Below, in pieces: positions 31,718-39,537 of a stretch of 39,537 nucleotides of DNA (its first letter is position 1; each line of letters starts with the position of its first letter). The DNA lies in assembly GCA_964520955.1 (NCBI GenBank), contig CAZFPH010000001.1, forward strand, positions 1 through 39,537. The letters are read 5' to 3'. The notes under the pieces were generated by a model. It made no database searches. It was not told where the DNA came from and saw only the letters and a program-made list of their open reading frames with translations. The position numbers were made by a program, and so were the translations under genes. This DNA is from an uncultured Lachnospiraceae bacterium. GTDB taxonomy: Bacteria > Bacillota > Clostridia > Christensenellales > UBA1242.

Positions 31718-32522
31718 CATCACATTTTTCTTTTCCGAAGTTGCAAGCATTTGCATAAATTCCATATGTTTTAAATGGCTTATCTATCACCAAAGGCTCT
31801 CCTCGTAAAATCTTATCTATGGTGTCATCTGGCAAATGACCATAATTTTCAAGAGCTTGGTCGTATAGTGCAAGTTTCCCCTGCTTGTTTCTAACAATAC
31901 AAAACGCGTGTGCATTATCATTTGTATGCTTAAATTTTGATGAAGTTGAACCCACATAATAACTTTCTCTACCAAAAAGCAACCACATATTGTGAGCAAA
32001 TGCCGCTTTTTCAACGCAGGCTGCACAACCTTTTCCCTTTAAAATCGAAACAGATGGATACTTGAACGTTTCAAAATCTAAAGATGTTAAGTCTAATCTA
32101 AGTTTTGAGTCTCCATTGTATTCACCAAAATAACGCTCTATGGTGTTATGTATTGCATTGTAAAATAAAGAGCCATCTACAAGTGGTTCTTCTTGCTTTT
32201 GATTAAGTTCATATAATTTCTTTAAAATATCAAAAAGCATATAATAAACATTTCTATCATCTAAATGCACGGCATTTGTCCCAATACCAAATGAAATTTT
32301 TAATTCTTCATCTGCACGCCAAAATCCGTTTGCTTTTGCATTTTCTTCCATTTTATCTATAAGGAGATCAACTAATTTATATCTTTCATTTTGGTCTTCT
32401 GTTCCAATTATTTGTTTCCAAATATTATCAACACCATCTTGCTTGCCATACCTGATAGATGAACCATTAATACTCATATTGTCTAAAATAGTCTTCAAAT
32501 TAAAACTATAACTTTTTTCCAT
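31713..32522 (-). CDS. transglutaminase-like (papain-fold Cys-His-Asp) putative cysteine peptidase
   Basis: 269 aa. GKGCAACVEKAAFAHNMWLLFGRESYYVG ... NAHAFCIV ... GKLALYDQA matches the G-x-C..(F/A)A ... HA(W/F) ... D spacing of the transglutaminase-like core. GAGGG RBS. Confidence 0.5.
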   Translation of the reverse strand: MEKSYSFNLKTILDNMSINGSSIRYGKQDGVDNIWKQIIGTEDQNERYKLVDLLIDKMEENAKANGFWRADEELKISFGIGTNAVHLDDRNVYYMLFDILKKLYELNQKQEEPLVDGSLFYNAIHNTIERYFGEYNGDSKLRLDLTSLDFETFKYPSVSILKGKGCAACVEKAAFAHNMWLLFGRESYYVGSTSSKFKHTNDNAHAFCIVRNKQGKLALYDQALENYGHLPDDTIDKILRGEPLVIDKPFKTYGIYANACNFGKEKCDE

Positions 32523-32566
32523 TGTAAAACCCTCTTATACTCAAGTTTTAGCAAATCTACAAAATT

Positions 32567-34306
32567 CTAATCTTCAATGTTTTTAAGAAGTTCGTCTTCA
32601 TACGACTTAGTCATAAACTTGTCGGCAAGTGGAGTGATTAAATATCCATTGAGAGTTTTGCTGTACTCTTTTATTTTTTCAGCAACTCTTGCTATGTCGT
32701 CAGTCCAAACAAACCATTTGTTTATGTACTCCTCGGCTTTTTTCACTTTGCCATCAATTTGAAGCCTAACAACTTCAGCCATCATTTGCTTTGTAACCTT
32801 TTGAATTTTGTCAAAGTTAAACTTGAGCTGAGTGTCTTTAGTCACCTCAATTGCACCCTCGGTTAGCATACGATTGCAAATCATAACCGACCTTGTGCGG
32901 TGTGCTTGCGTTAAATTTGGTTTGCCCTTTAAAAAGCTTTTTGAAAGGCTTGTTACCATAATTTGCTTTGCCTGAGTTTCGGTGAACTCGCCTGCTTTTA
33001 CAAACTCGTCAAGAAAAGCATACATACCCATATCAGCCTTAAACTCCTCAAGTATTGAGCTAAATTTTCCAAGACTGCTTGGTTTTGGTCCAAGTGAGTG
33101 AGTGTTTTCATGACAGATAACTGCCCAGTGGTCGGCGTCAGGGTTATAAAGCTCAAACTGCTCTGACACAATCAAATTCTTGTAAAGTTTTTTGTTTGAA
33201 GACAGCCTAACTTGTCTGTGGTAAACATTTCTTCTACCACCACCAACTTTTAGCGACGGCTTATCGTCGTTTGGCAAGTTTTGAGCAAGAACAATGCTTC
33301 CCCTGTATGCACCCTCGTCACCTGAAAGCAAAATAAGGTCAACATCAACGGCTGTTTGAGGAATTTTGTTTTCCTCAATTTCGTTTTTATACTCGTTTTT
33401 ATAAGGCATAAACTCTGAAGCAATATCCACAAGCCCCTTGAGCTTTTTGAGAAGTTTTGTGCCTCGCTTGTTAACAACACCAACTCTTGCACCAAGATTA
33501 TCTTTGGTGTGAACCTCTATACCCCTTTCTTTGAGCCTAGCAAAAAGCTCTTCGTTTTCGACAACACTCCTTGAAAGTGCCTCATCGTAACATTCTCTTG
33601 TGATGGTGAATTCAAACTTACATTTGCCGTCTAGCTTTGCCCATTGCTTATCGGCTTTAGCGTCAAGTTTTGGGTCGGCTTTTAAGATTGCGTCAATTTG
33701 AAGCGACAAGTACTTACAAAAACTCTTGTTATCGCAAAAAGCTCTAGCTTGGTCAAGTTCGCTAGCAATTTCCTTAAACTCTGGATATGCAATAGTAAAA
33801 TCTACCGCCTCCAGCAAATCGCCATTCCTTTTAACAACGCTACGCTGATTTAAAATCTCAGCAACTTGCCTGTCCATTTTTCTGTCGAGCATAACGTTTA
33901 AAATATCATGAAATTCCTCAACCTCAAGGTCGGCAGGAAAATAATTTAAGCCAGCAGGACGCTTAACGTTTTTTGCAAGGATTGTTTGATTGCCAAGCGT
34001 GTCAGGCGAAAAGATACTCTTTTGAGAATCAAAGAGTTTTTGGGTGAGCACTGCCTTTTGATTGCCTTTTGCACTCTCTTGTTCCAAATATTTTTTAAAG
34101 TCCAAATTAACAGCATTTTCTTGGCGTAAATGAATGGTATCAAACAATTTTGCCGCCCTTGTCAGGTGCAACAAAACGAGCAAATCTTTATTTGAAAGTC
34201 TTCTAATTTCCCTAGATTCTGGGGCTAAAAACTTAATGCCCTTGTAATATCTTTTAGATGTACGTTTTTTGAGTTCTTTTAAACTCATTGCAAGTGTAAA
34301 GTCCAT
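32567..34306 (-). CDS. M49 (dipeptidyl-peptidase III)-like zinc metallopeptidase
   Basis: 579 aa. It has the zincin-like motif CHENTHSLGP (HExxH), with ILEEFKADMG (EExxAD) about 20 residues downstream. This resembles the HExxGH/EECRAD pair of the DPP III family. GGAGA RBS. Confidence 0.5.
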   Translation of the reverse strand: MDFTLAMSLKELKKRTSKRYYKGIKFLAPESREIRRLSNKDLLVLLHLTRAAKLFDTIHLRQENAVNLDFKKYLEQESAKGNQKAVLTQKLFDSQKSIFSPDTLGNQTILAKNVKRPAGLNYFPADLEVEEFHDILNVMLDRKMDRQVAEILNQRSVVKRNGDLLEAVDFTIAYPEFKEIASELDQARAFCDNKSFCKYLSLQIDAILKADPKLDAKADKQWAKLDGKCKFEFTITRECYDEALSRSVVENEELFARLKERGIEVHTKDNLGARVGVVNKRGTKLLKKLKGLVDIASEFMPYKNEYKNEIEENKIPQTAVDVDLILLSGDEGAYRGSIVLAQNLPNDDKPSLKVGGGRRNVYHRQVRLSSNKKLYKNLIVSEQFELYNPDADHWAVICHENTHSLGPKPSSLGKFSSILEEFKADMGMYAFLDEFVKAGEFTETQAKQIMVTSLSKSFLKGKPNLTQAHRTRSVMICNRMLTEGAIEVTKDTQLKFNFDKIQKVTKQMMAEVVRLQIDGKVKKAEEYINKWFVWTDDIARVAEKIKEYSKTLNGYLITPLADKFMTKSYEDELLKNIED

Positions 34307-34402
34307 AATAATCTCCTATGTTCATTTTATAGTCAAAAACCATATTTTACAAATAAATATTGACCAAATTTTAGCAAATTATATATTCTGCCGTCAAATT
34401 TT

Positions 34403-34431
34403 CAAAAATAAAAACACACCAAGCGGTATGT
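34403..34431 (-). terminator. terminator after recR
   Basis: Minus strand ACAUAC-cgcuug-GUGUGU (one G.U pair) followed by UUUUAUUUUUG. Confidence 0.5.
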
Positions 34432-35028
34432 TTAAATTTCTTTTCTGTCAGAAAGTGCTTTTGAAAGCGTAACTTCGTCAGCGTACTCAATGTCGCTACC
34501 CATAGACACGCCTTGTGCAATTCTTGAAACCTTTACGCCAAGAGGCTTTAAAAGCTTTGCAATATACATTGCTGTTGCCTCGCCCTCAACATCTGGGTTG
34601 GTTGCAATGATAACCTCTTCAGTTTCGCCAGTGCTAATTCTTGAAAGGAGCTCTTTAATCCTAATATCATTTGGACCGACACCTGCTAGTGGATTGATTG
34701 TTCCGTGCAGAATGTGGTACTGACCTTTGAAACCGCCAGTTTTTTCGATTGCCATTGCGTCTTTTGGTTCTTTTACCACGCAGAGGATTTTTGCTTCTCT
34801 TGTTCTGCAAACCCTACAAGGAGAAACCTCGGTATAGTTTCCGCAAACTTCGCAAAACTTAATTTTTGATTTTAAGTTTAATATTGCATCTGCGAAGTTT
34901 TTTGCCTGCTCGTCAGTTGCTCTTATTATGTGATAGGCATACCTTTCAGCAGTTTTTCTGCCAACGCTTGGAAGTTTTGAAAACTCGTTAACCAGCCTTG
35001 CGATTGGCTCAATTTGATTAAGGTCCAC
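34432..35028 (-). CDS. recR: recombination protein RecR
   Basis: 198 aa; HhH N-terminus, the C4 zinc finger CEVCGNYTEVSPCRVC and a Toprim domain. Confidence 0.95.
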   Translation of the reverse strand: MDLNQIEPIARLVNEFSKLPSVGRKTAERYAYHIIRATDEQAKNFADAILNLKSKIKFCEVCGNYTEVSPCRVCRTREAKILCVVKEPKDAMAIEKTGGFKGQYHILHGTINPLAGVGPNDIRIKELLSRISTGETEEVIIATNPDVEGEATAMYIAKLLKPLGVKVSRIAQGVSMGSDIEYADEVTLSKALSDRKEI

Positions 35029-35354
35029 TAAATAAGACCTCCGAATGAGCCAAGTTTTTCGCCTTTCATTTTATCTGCTTTTGCTTTTGCATCGTTGTAT
35101 GCCACAACAATCAAGTCCTCAAGCATTTCTGTATCTTCAGCGTCAACAATTGATGGGTCGATTTTAACAGAAACCATTTCAAAAGCACCATTGATTGTGA
35201 TTTTGACAAGTCCACTGCTTGCAACGCCCTCAAACTCGCTGTTTTCAATTTCTTCCTTTGCCTTCATAGCATCTTGTTGCATTTTTTGAGCTTGACGCAT
35301 CATTGCTTGCATATTGCCCATTCCGCCACCAAAGCCACCAAAATTTTTACCCAT
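35028..35354 (-). CDS. ybaB: YbaB/EbfC family nucleoid-associated protein
   Basis: 108 aa; the MQAMMRQAQKMQQDM-like helix then GLVKITINGAFEMVSVKIDPS. Its position between dnaX and recR is typical. Confidence 0.9.
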   Translation of the reverse strand: MGKNFGGFGGGMGNMQAMMRQAQKMQQDAMKAKEEIENSEFEGVASSGLVKITINGAFEMVSVKIDPSIVDAEDTEMLEDLIVVAYNDAKAKADKMKGEKLGSFGGLI

Positions 35355-35409
35355 AATAATCTCCTTTAAACATATTATATAATTTTCAAAATTTTTATCA
35401 AATGATTTT

Positions 35410-35889
35410 TTACTTTATCACAAGTTTTCCGCCGACAAGTTCGTTTAAAACATCAATCGGGCTAATCTTGTGTTCTTTTTCTTTAATTTTAAAGCTTAAG
35501 CCACTCTTCCCAAAAAACTTATCCATCTCAGCCTTGTAGCCCTCGTTTAAAATCAATTCATAAACTTCGTCTTGTTCTGAACTAATTTCTGCCACACCAC
35601 CAGAAATTTCAATCTTTTGAATATTTCTACAAATCATAAGCAGTGGCATAAGCCTGTTTTGCCTAAAGTATCTAAGCATTTCACCAAGAAGCTTAAAGCC
35701 TTGGTCAAGTCCAGAGTTTGGAGCGACCGCAGACTTGACGCTATCAAAGTCAATGACCTCTGCCTGAGGTTCTGCCTTTTGCGTAGCTTGCTCTTGAGGC
35801 TTTTGAACGCCAATTATTTGCTTTTTTTTATTAATCTCGGCTTTTAGAGCACCTAAGCTTTTATCTGGGAAAGTTTTTAACAGTTTCCT
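35410..35889 (-). CDS. dnaX: dnaX C-terminal (tau-specific) segment, open only in the +1 frame relative to 35861..37000
   Basis: This frame is open from 35889 to the stop at 35410 (RKLLKTFPDKSLGALKAEINKKKQIIGVQKPQEQ...LLGEMLRYFRQNRL...VGGKLVIK). It has no ATG/GTG/TTG before the Met at 35679. The content resembles the Firmicutes tau linker plus C-terminal domain. Confidence 0.6.
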   Translation of the reverse strand, partial: RKLLKTFPDKSLGALKAEINKKKQIIGVQKPQEQATQKAEPQAEVIDFDSVKSAVAPNSGLDQGFKLLGEMLRYFRQNRLMPLLMICRNIQKIEISGGVAEISSEQDEVYELILNEGYKAEMDKFFGKSGLSFKIKEKEHKISPIDVLNELVGGKLVIK

Positions 35890-37000
35890 CTAACTTTTCA
35901 ACTCGTTCAAGAAGCGAGCTTTCGCTGATAATCTTTATGATAGCGGTTTCAAGGACAATCCTTGGCTGAACACTGAACCTGAGTTCTTGTTCAATTCCAC
36001 TGAGCACCTCGATAGCCTTAAGCACGCTAGAGTAAGATTTTTCTGTTGCCTGAACTTTCATTTTATCAAACACGTCATCTTTGACAACCACAATCTGCCT
36101 TGAGTCAGCTTTGAGTGTGTAAATAAGGAGCAAATCCCTAAAGTAAGACACCATATCACTTGCAAACACAAGCGGACTTTTTCCAGCAGAAAGAACTTTG
36201 TCAAGTTCCACTAACGCCTCGCCAACATTTTTTTCCAAAATCTTGTCAGTCATATTAATCAGAACCTCTCGCTCTGAAACACCGAGTACTGAAATAACTT
36301 TCGACGCTGTGAGCTCATTACCTGCAAAAGAAACGCACCTATCGGCAATTGAAAGCGTGTCACGAACACTACCCTCACCAGCCCTTGCAATAATGTTTAT
36401 TGCCTGTTCATCAAAGGTGACATTTTCTGACTTTAAAATGTTTTTAAGCAAGTTTGATAAGTCCTCAAGCGAAACGAGCTTGTAGTCAAACCTCAAGCAC
36501 CTTGAAAGAATGGTTGCAGGGAGTTTGTGAACTTCGGTTGTCGCCAAAATAAACACTGTGTGTGCAGGTGGCTCTTCCAAAGTTTTGAGCAGTGCATTAA
36601 ATGCAGAGGTTGAAAGCATATGCACCTCGTCTATAATATAAACTTTATACTTTCCAACAACTGGTGGATACTTTACCTTTTCTCTCAAATCTCTAATTTC
36701 ATCAACACCGTTGTTTGAAGCTGCGTCGATTTCCAAAACGTCGATATTTGTGCCATCGAGCGATTTGCAAACCTCGCGCTCACCACAAGGTGAACCATTT
36801 TGGGGATTTGTGCAATTAATGGCTTTTGCAAAGATTTTTGCTGTGCTGGTTTTTCCTGTACCACGGCTACCCGTGAAAAGATATGCGTGTGAAATTTTGT
36901 CAAGTTTGATTTGGTTGACTAAAGTTTTCACGATATGGTCCTGACCGATAACCTCGTCAAAAGTGCGTGGTCTATACTTTCTATAAAGTGCTAAATACAT
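35861..37000 (-). CDS. dnaX: DNA polymerase III subunit gamma/tau, zero-frame product (379 aa; clamp-loader domains I-III)
   Basis: YRPRTFDEVIGQ, Walker A GSRGTGKTSTAK, IIDEVHMLS and SRC (LSRCLRF) motifs. The stop UAA is at 35861-35863. Confidence 0.9.
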   Translation of the reverse strand: MYLALYRKYRPRTFDEVIGQDHIVKTLVNQIKLDKISHAYLFTGSRGTGKTSTAKIFAKAINCTNPQNGSPCGEREVCKSLDGTNIDVLEIDAASNNGVDEIRDLREKVKYPPVVGKYKVYIIDEVHMLSTSAFNALLKTLEEPPAHTVFILATTEVHKLPATILSRCLRFDYKLVSLEDLSNLLKNILKSENVTFDEQAINIIARAGEGSVRDTLSIADRCVSFAGNELTASKVISVLGVSEREVLINMTDKILEKNVGEALVELDKVLSAGKSPLVFASDMVSYFRDLLLIYTLKADSRQIVVVKDDVFDKMKVQATEKSYSSVLKAIEVLSGIEQELRFSVQPRIVLETAIIKIISESSLLERVEKLEETVKNFPR

Positions 37001-37011
37001 AAACCTTTCTC

Positions 37012-37566
37012 CTATTTTAGTTTAGATTTTATTCTTTGAATAGTGTTGTCAATTGACTTAACATCACGGCTAAGATTTTTTGCAATCTCGCTCTGCTTTT
37101 CGCCAGCAAGATATCTTGAAAGAACTTGCTTTTCAAACTCACTAAGTTCCTTTTCACAAATCTTTTTTCGTTCTGTTATTTTTTCTTTATCAATAAACAT
37201 TTCAAGCGGGTCGTTTGAAGTGTTTCTGTCAGAAAATATATCAAGAATTGTTTGTTCTCCGCCCTCGCCATCAGAAAATAGCAGTGAAACCGACTCGTTT
37301 AGTGCTTTATTCTTTTGAGCGTTGGCTGACTTGATTGCGTCAATAATCTGCCTTTTGATACACATTTTTGCAAATGCTTCAAACCTTGGTTCAAATAAAG
37401 TTTCGCCGTTATAGTTTTTGCAGGCCTCAAGTAGACCAATAACGCCCTCTTCATACAAATCCTCGCTTGTGCCACCCACAATAAAGAATTTTCTGCAAAG
37501 CCCATTGATGTATGGCGAAAACTTTTGCACAATTTTTACAACATCACTTGTGTTAACATTATTCAT
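37012..37566 (-). CDS. sigH: RNA polymerase sigma factor, SigH-like (sigma-70 family)
   Basis: 184 aa. DLYEEGVIGLLEACKNY...FEAFAKMCIKRQIIDAIKSANAQKNKALN resembles SigH region 2. It has a C-terminal region 4 HTH and sits in the conserved position after rlmB. Confidence 0.75.
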   Translation of the reverse strand: MNNVNTSDVVKIVQKFSPYINGLCRKFFIVGGTSEDLYEEGVIGLLEACKNYNGETLFEPRFEAFAKMCIKRQIIDAIKSANAQKNKALNESVSLLFSDGEGGEQTILDIFSDRNTSNDPLEMFIDKEKITERKKICEKELSEFEKQVLSRYLAGEKQSEIAKNLSRDVKSIDNTIQRIKSKLK

Positions 37567-37574
37567 TACGTATC

Positions 37575-38300
37575 CTACTTTAATCTTTGTCTTACTGCTT
37601 CATAAAGCACAATGCCTGCACTAACGCTGGCGTTTAGCGAGTTAACCTTTCCAAACATTGGAATTTGCACAACAGAGTCGCAAAGTTCCTTTGTGAGTCT
37701 TTTTACTCCTGTGCCTTCACCGCCAATAACGAGTGCAATGTCGCCCTTGAGGTTGGTTTTGTACATTTCCTCGCCGTCCATATCAGCAGCATAAACCCAA
37801 ACATTTTGCTTTTTTAGTTCTTCAATTGTTTGGTTTAGGTTTGATACCTTGATTATTGGCATATACGCTGTTGCTCCAGCAGATGTTCTAACAACCGTTT
37901 CGTTAACAGTTGCACTTCTGCGGTTTGGAATAATTACTCCACTAGCCCCTGCACACTCAGCAACCCTTACAACTGAACCAAGATTATGAGGGTCTAAAAC
38001 TTCGTCCAAAATAACAAACAATAAGTCCTTGCCCTTTTCTCTTTCACCAGCAATAACATCTCTAAGCTCAGCGTACTTAAAATCAGAAAAGATTGCAAGA
38101 ATGCCCTGATGATGACCAGTTTCAGAAAGTTTATCTATGGCACGCTTGTCGGCGTACTCAACTCTAATACCTTTGTCTTTTGCCTGTTTTGCAAGAGCTC
38201 TAATCTCTTGGTCGTTAGTTCCATCGACAACCATAATCTTTTCAATGGTTTTGTCGCTATTAAGTAGTTCTTTTACAGGATTTTTACCTTCAATTTTCAT
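37575..38300 (-). CDS. rlmB: TrmH/SpoU-family 23S rRNA (guanosine-2'-O)-methyltransferase RlmB (YacO-like)
   Basis: 241 aa; SpoU_sub_bind N-terminus, DPHNLG, GGEGTG and SLNASV motifs. Confidence 0.85.
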   Translation of the reverse strand: MKIEGKNPVKELLNSDKTIEKIMVVDGTNDQEIRALAKQAKDKGIRVEYADKRAIDKLSETGHHQGILAIFSDFKYAELRDVIAGEREKGKDLLFVILDEVLDPHNLGSVVRVAECAGASGVIIPNRRSATVNETVVRTSAGATAYMPIIKVSNLNQTIEELKKQNVWVYAADMDGEEMYKTNLKGDIALVIGGEGTGVKRLTKELCDSVVQIPMFGKVNSLNASVSAGIVLYEAVRQRLK

Positions 38301-38348
38301 AATTTCTCCATTTTTAATGATTTTTATATGATTTTTGCATATTTATTT

Positions 38349-38774
38349 TTATATTTTTGCGATTTTTTCCGCAGTCATTTCCTCAACCGAAACAGCTAAG
38401 AGTTCGTTTAATCTTTCAAACTTTTTTGTTAAGTACAAATACCCAAAAAGTGCCTCGAGTGCGGTTGCGTGAATATACTCGTTGTAACTAAAATTTTTTG
38501 CCTTTGTGTGAATGTGAGAATTTCTTGCACGTCTTGCAATATCTTGCTCGTCTTCTGCAAGCGAGCCCTCAATTTTTTTAAACGTTACAAACTGAGCACC
38601 TGCAGAAACCACACTTGAAACAAGTTTGTTCATTTTGTTAACCTTAACACCAAATTTTTGGGCAATAAAACTTCTCACATAAAGCGTTTGAACGCTGTCA
38701 CCAATCATTGCAAGAACAAGTGGTTGCACAAGCCTTACATCTTCAGGTTTTTCATAAATATTAAACAAATCCAT
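38349..38774 (-). CDS. mrnC: Mini-ribonuclease 3 (Mini-III)
   Basis: 141 aa; LAMIGDSVQTLYVRSF RNase-III-like signature with no dsRBD; located upstream of rlmB as in Bacillus. Confidence 0.85.
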   Translation of the reverse strand: MDLFNIYEKPEDVRLVQPLVLAMIGDSVQTLYVRSFIAQKFGVKVNKMNKLVSSVVSAGAQFVTFKKIEGSLAEDEQDIARRARNSHIHTKAKNFSYNEYIHATALEALFGYLYLTKKFERLNELLAVSVEEMTAEKIAKI

Positions 38775-38927
38775 AATTTTACCTTACCCCTCAATTATAC
38801 CACCATTTATGCACTTTAGCAAGACAATAAATTCTTATAGCGTTCAAATAAAAAACAAATCCAAGACTTGCAAAATTACATATTTAGCAAAATTAGAAGC
38901 ATACTAAAACTATAAAAAGAGGAATAT

Positions 38928-39537
38928 ATGAAAATATTAAATAAATTAACTATTTTTGCAGTATTATTTTTTATTTTTTGCAGTTTTTGGGGCGGTTTTT
39001 TATTGTCACCCAAAAAATACTCCTTTGCTCTCCACACCGAGCAAGAACAAGCAAAGGAAGCAAGTGAACCTAAAGAAAGCCAAGAAAACGCCACTGAAGC
39101 TGATACCGTTCCAAGCAGAAACTATACCGTTGTGATTGACCCAGGTCACGGAGGTACAGACCCAGGCTCGATTGGATACAAAACAAAAGTTCACGAAGCC
39201 GACCTAAATTTGAAGCTTTCAAAAATGCTCAAAGAAAAACTTGAGGCTTCTGGTATAAACGTTGTTATGACCAGAGAAACCGATAAGGCAATGATTGAGG
39301 GTGCAGGAAAAAAATGGAAAAAAGCCGATATGGAAGCCAGAAAAGAGCTTATCAAAAAAATCCGACCAAATATGGTTATAAGCTTGCATCAAAACAGCTA
39401 CACAAACCATAGCCTTCGTGGGGCACAAGTTTTTTATGATAAAACCAGTGACATAAGCAAACAAATTGCGGAATTTATTCAGGAGCAATTCAAGGCAGAC
39501 CTAGACAAAAGCATAAAAGCAACAAGCCCTGGCGATT
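38928..39537 (+). CDS. N-acetylmuramoyl-L-alanine amidase (Amidase_3, CwlD-like), 3'-truncated by the window edge
   Basis: Not in the ORF track because there is no stop in the window. ATG at 38928 with an AGAGGA RBS. It has an N-terminal TM/signal (LTIFAVLFFIFCSFWGGFLL), then YTVVIDPGHGGTDPGSIGY ... VISLHQNS. It continues to 39537 in frame. Confidence 0.85.
   Translation, partial: MKILNKLTIFAVLFFIFCSFWGGFLLSPKKYSFALHTEQEQAKEASEPKESQENATEADTVPSRNYTVVIDPGHGGTDPGSIGYKTKVHEADLNLKLSKMLKEKLEASGINVVMTRETDKAMIEGAGKKWKKADMEARKELIKKIRPNMVISLHQNSYTNHSLRGAQVFYDKTSDISKQIAEFIQEQFKADLDKSIKATSPGD

Noticed and set aside
38876-39488. Minus-strand ORFs 38876-39094, 39006-39194 and 39219-39488
   Set aside because: They are antisense to the clearly recognisable Amidase_3 gene that starts at 38928 (VVIDPGHGGTDPG motif). 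That gene is missing from the ORF track only because it runs off the window.
1-39537. Search for CRISPR arrays, rRNA genes, IS elements, transposases, integrases and recognisable defence genes (restriction-modification, Cas, abortive-infection ATPases)
   Set aside because: I found no regularly spaced repeats, no terminal inverted repeats flanking an ORF, and no DDE, tyrosine- or serine-recombinase or nuclease signatures in any listed ORF.

Overview
AT-rich, low-GC Firmicutes-type chromosomal window. It uses the standard genetic code, GGAG-type RBSs and classic hairpin+T-run terminators. I saw no rRNA, CRISPR array, transposase or integrase. I can support about 34 protein-coding genes, one tRNA-Thr(GGU) and a set of promoters and terminators. 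Layout: (i) 1-1074 holds a small orphan ORF, a cluster of GACACCTA repeats and tRNA-Thr. (ii) 1075-11204 is an accessory cell-wall glycopolymer (teichoic-acid/capsule-like) locus in two divergent operons. It has unusual in-frame gene fusions (Wzx flippase::TagF-type phosphotransferase; nucleotidyltransferase::Asp/Glu racemase, next to a HAD phosphatase) and is my best candidate for undescribed biology. (iii) 11241-27906 is mostly housekeeping: tex, a DegV-family gene, ABC-F with an overlapping mini pyrophosphatase-like ORF, a divergent XRE pair, a MATE::cytidylate-kinase-like fusion behind a terminator-containing leader, a double-length thyX with folD, a gmk-like gene, LysR, glcK-pgi and an Fe-ADH. 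(iv) 28290-34306 carries accessory genes: a signal-less BspA-type LRR protein, a small membrane protein, a candidate sRNA, and an M49-like metallopeptidase paired with a transglutaminase-like protein. (v) 34432-39537 is the conserved mrnC-rlmB-sigH-dnaX-ybaB-recR block, in which dnaX is split between two reading frames, plus a 3'-truncated amidase gene at the right edge. All functional calls come from motif recognition by eye; no database search was possible.
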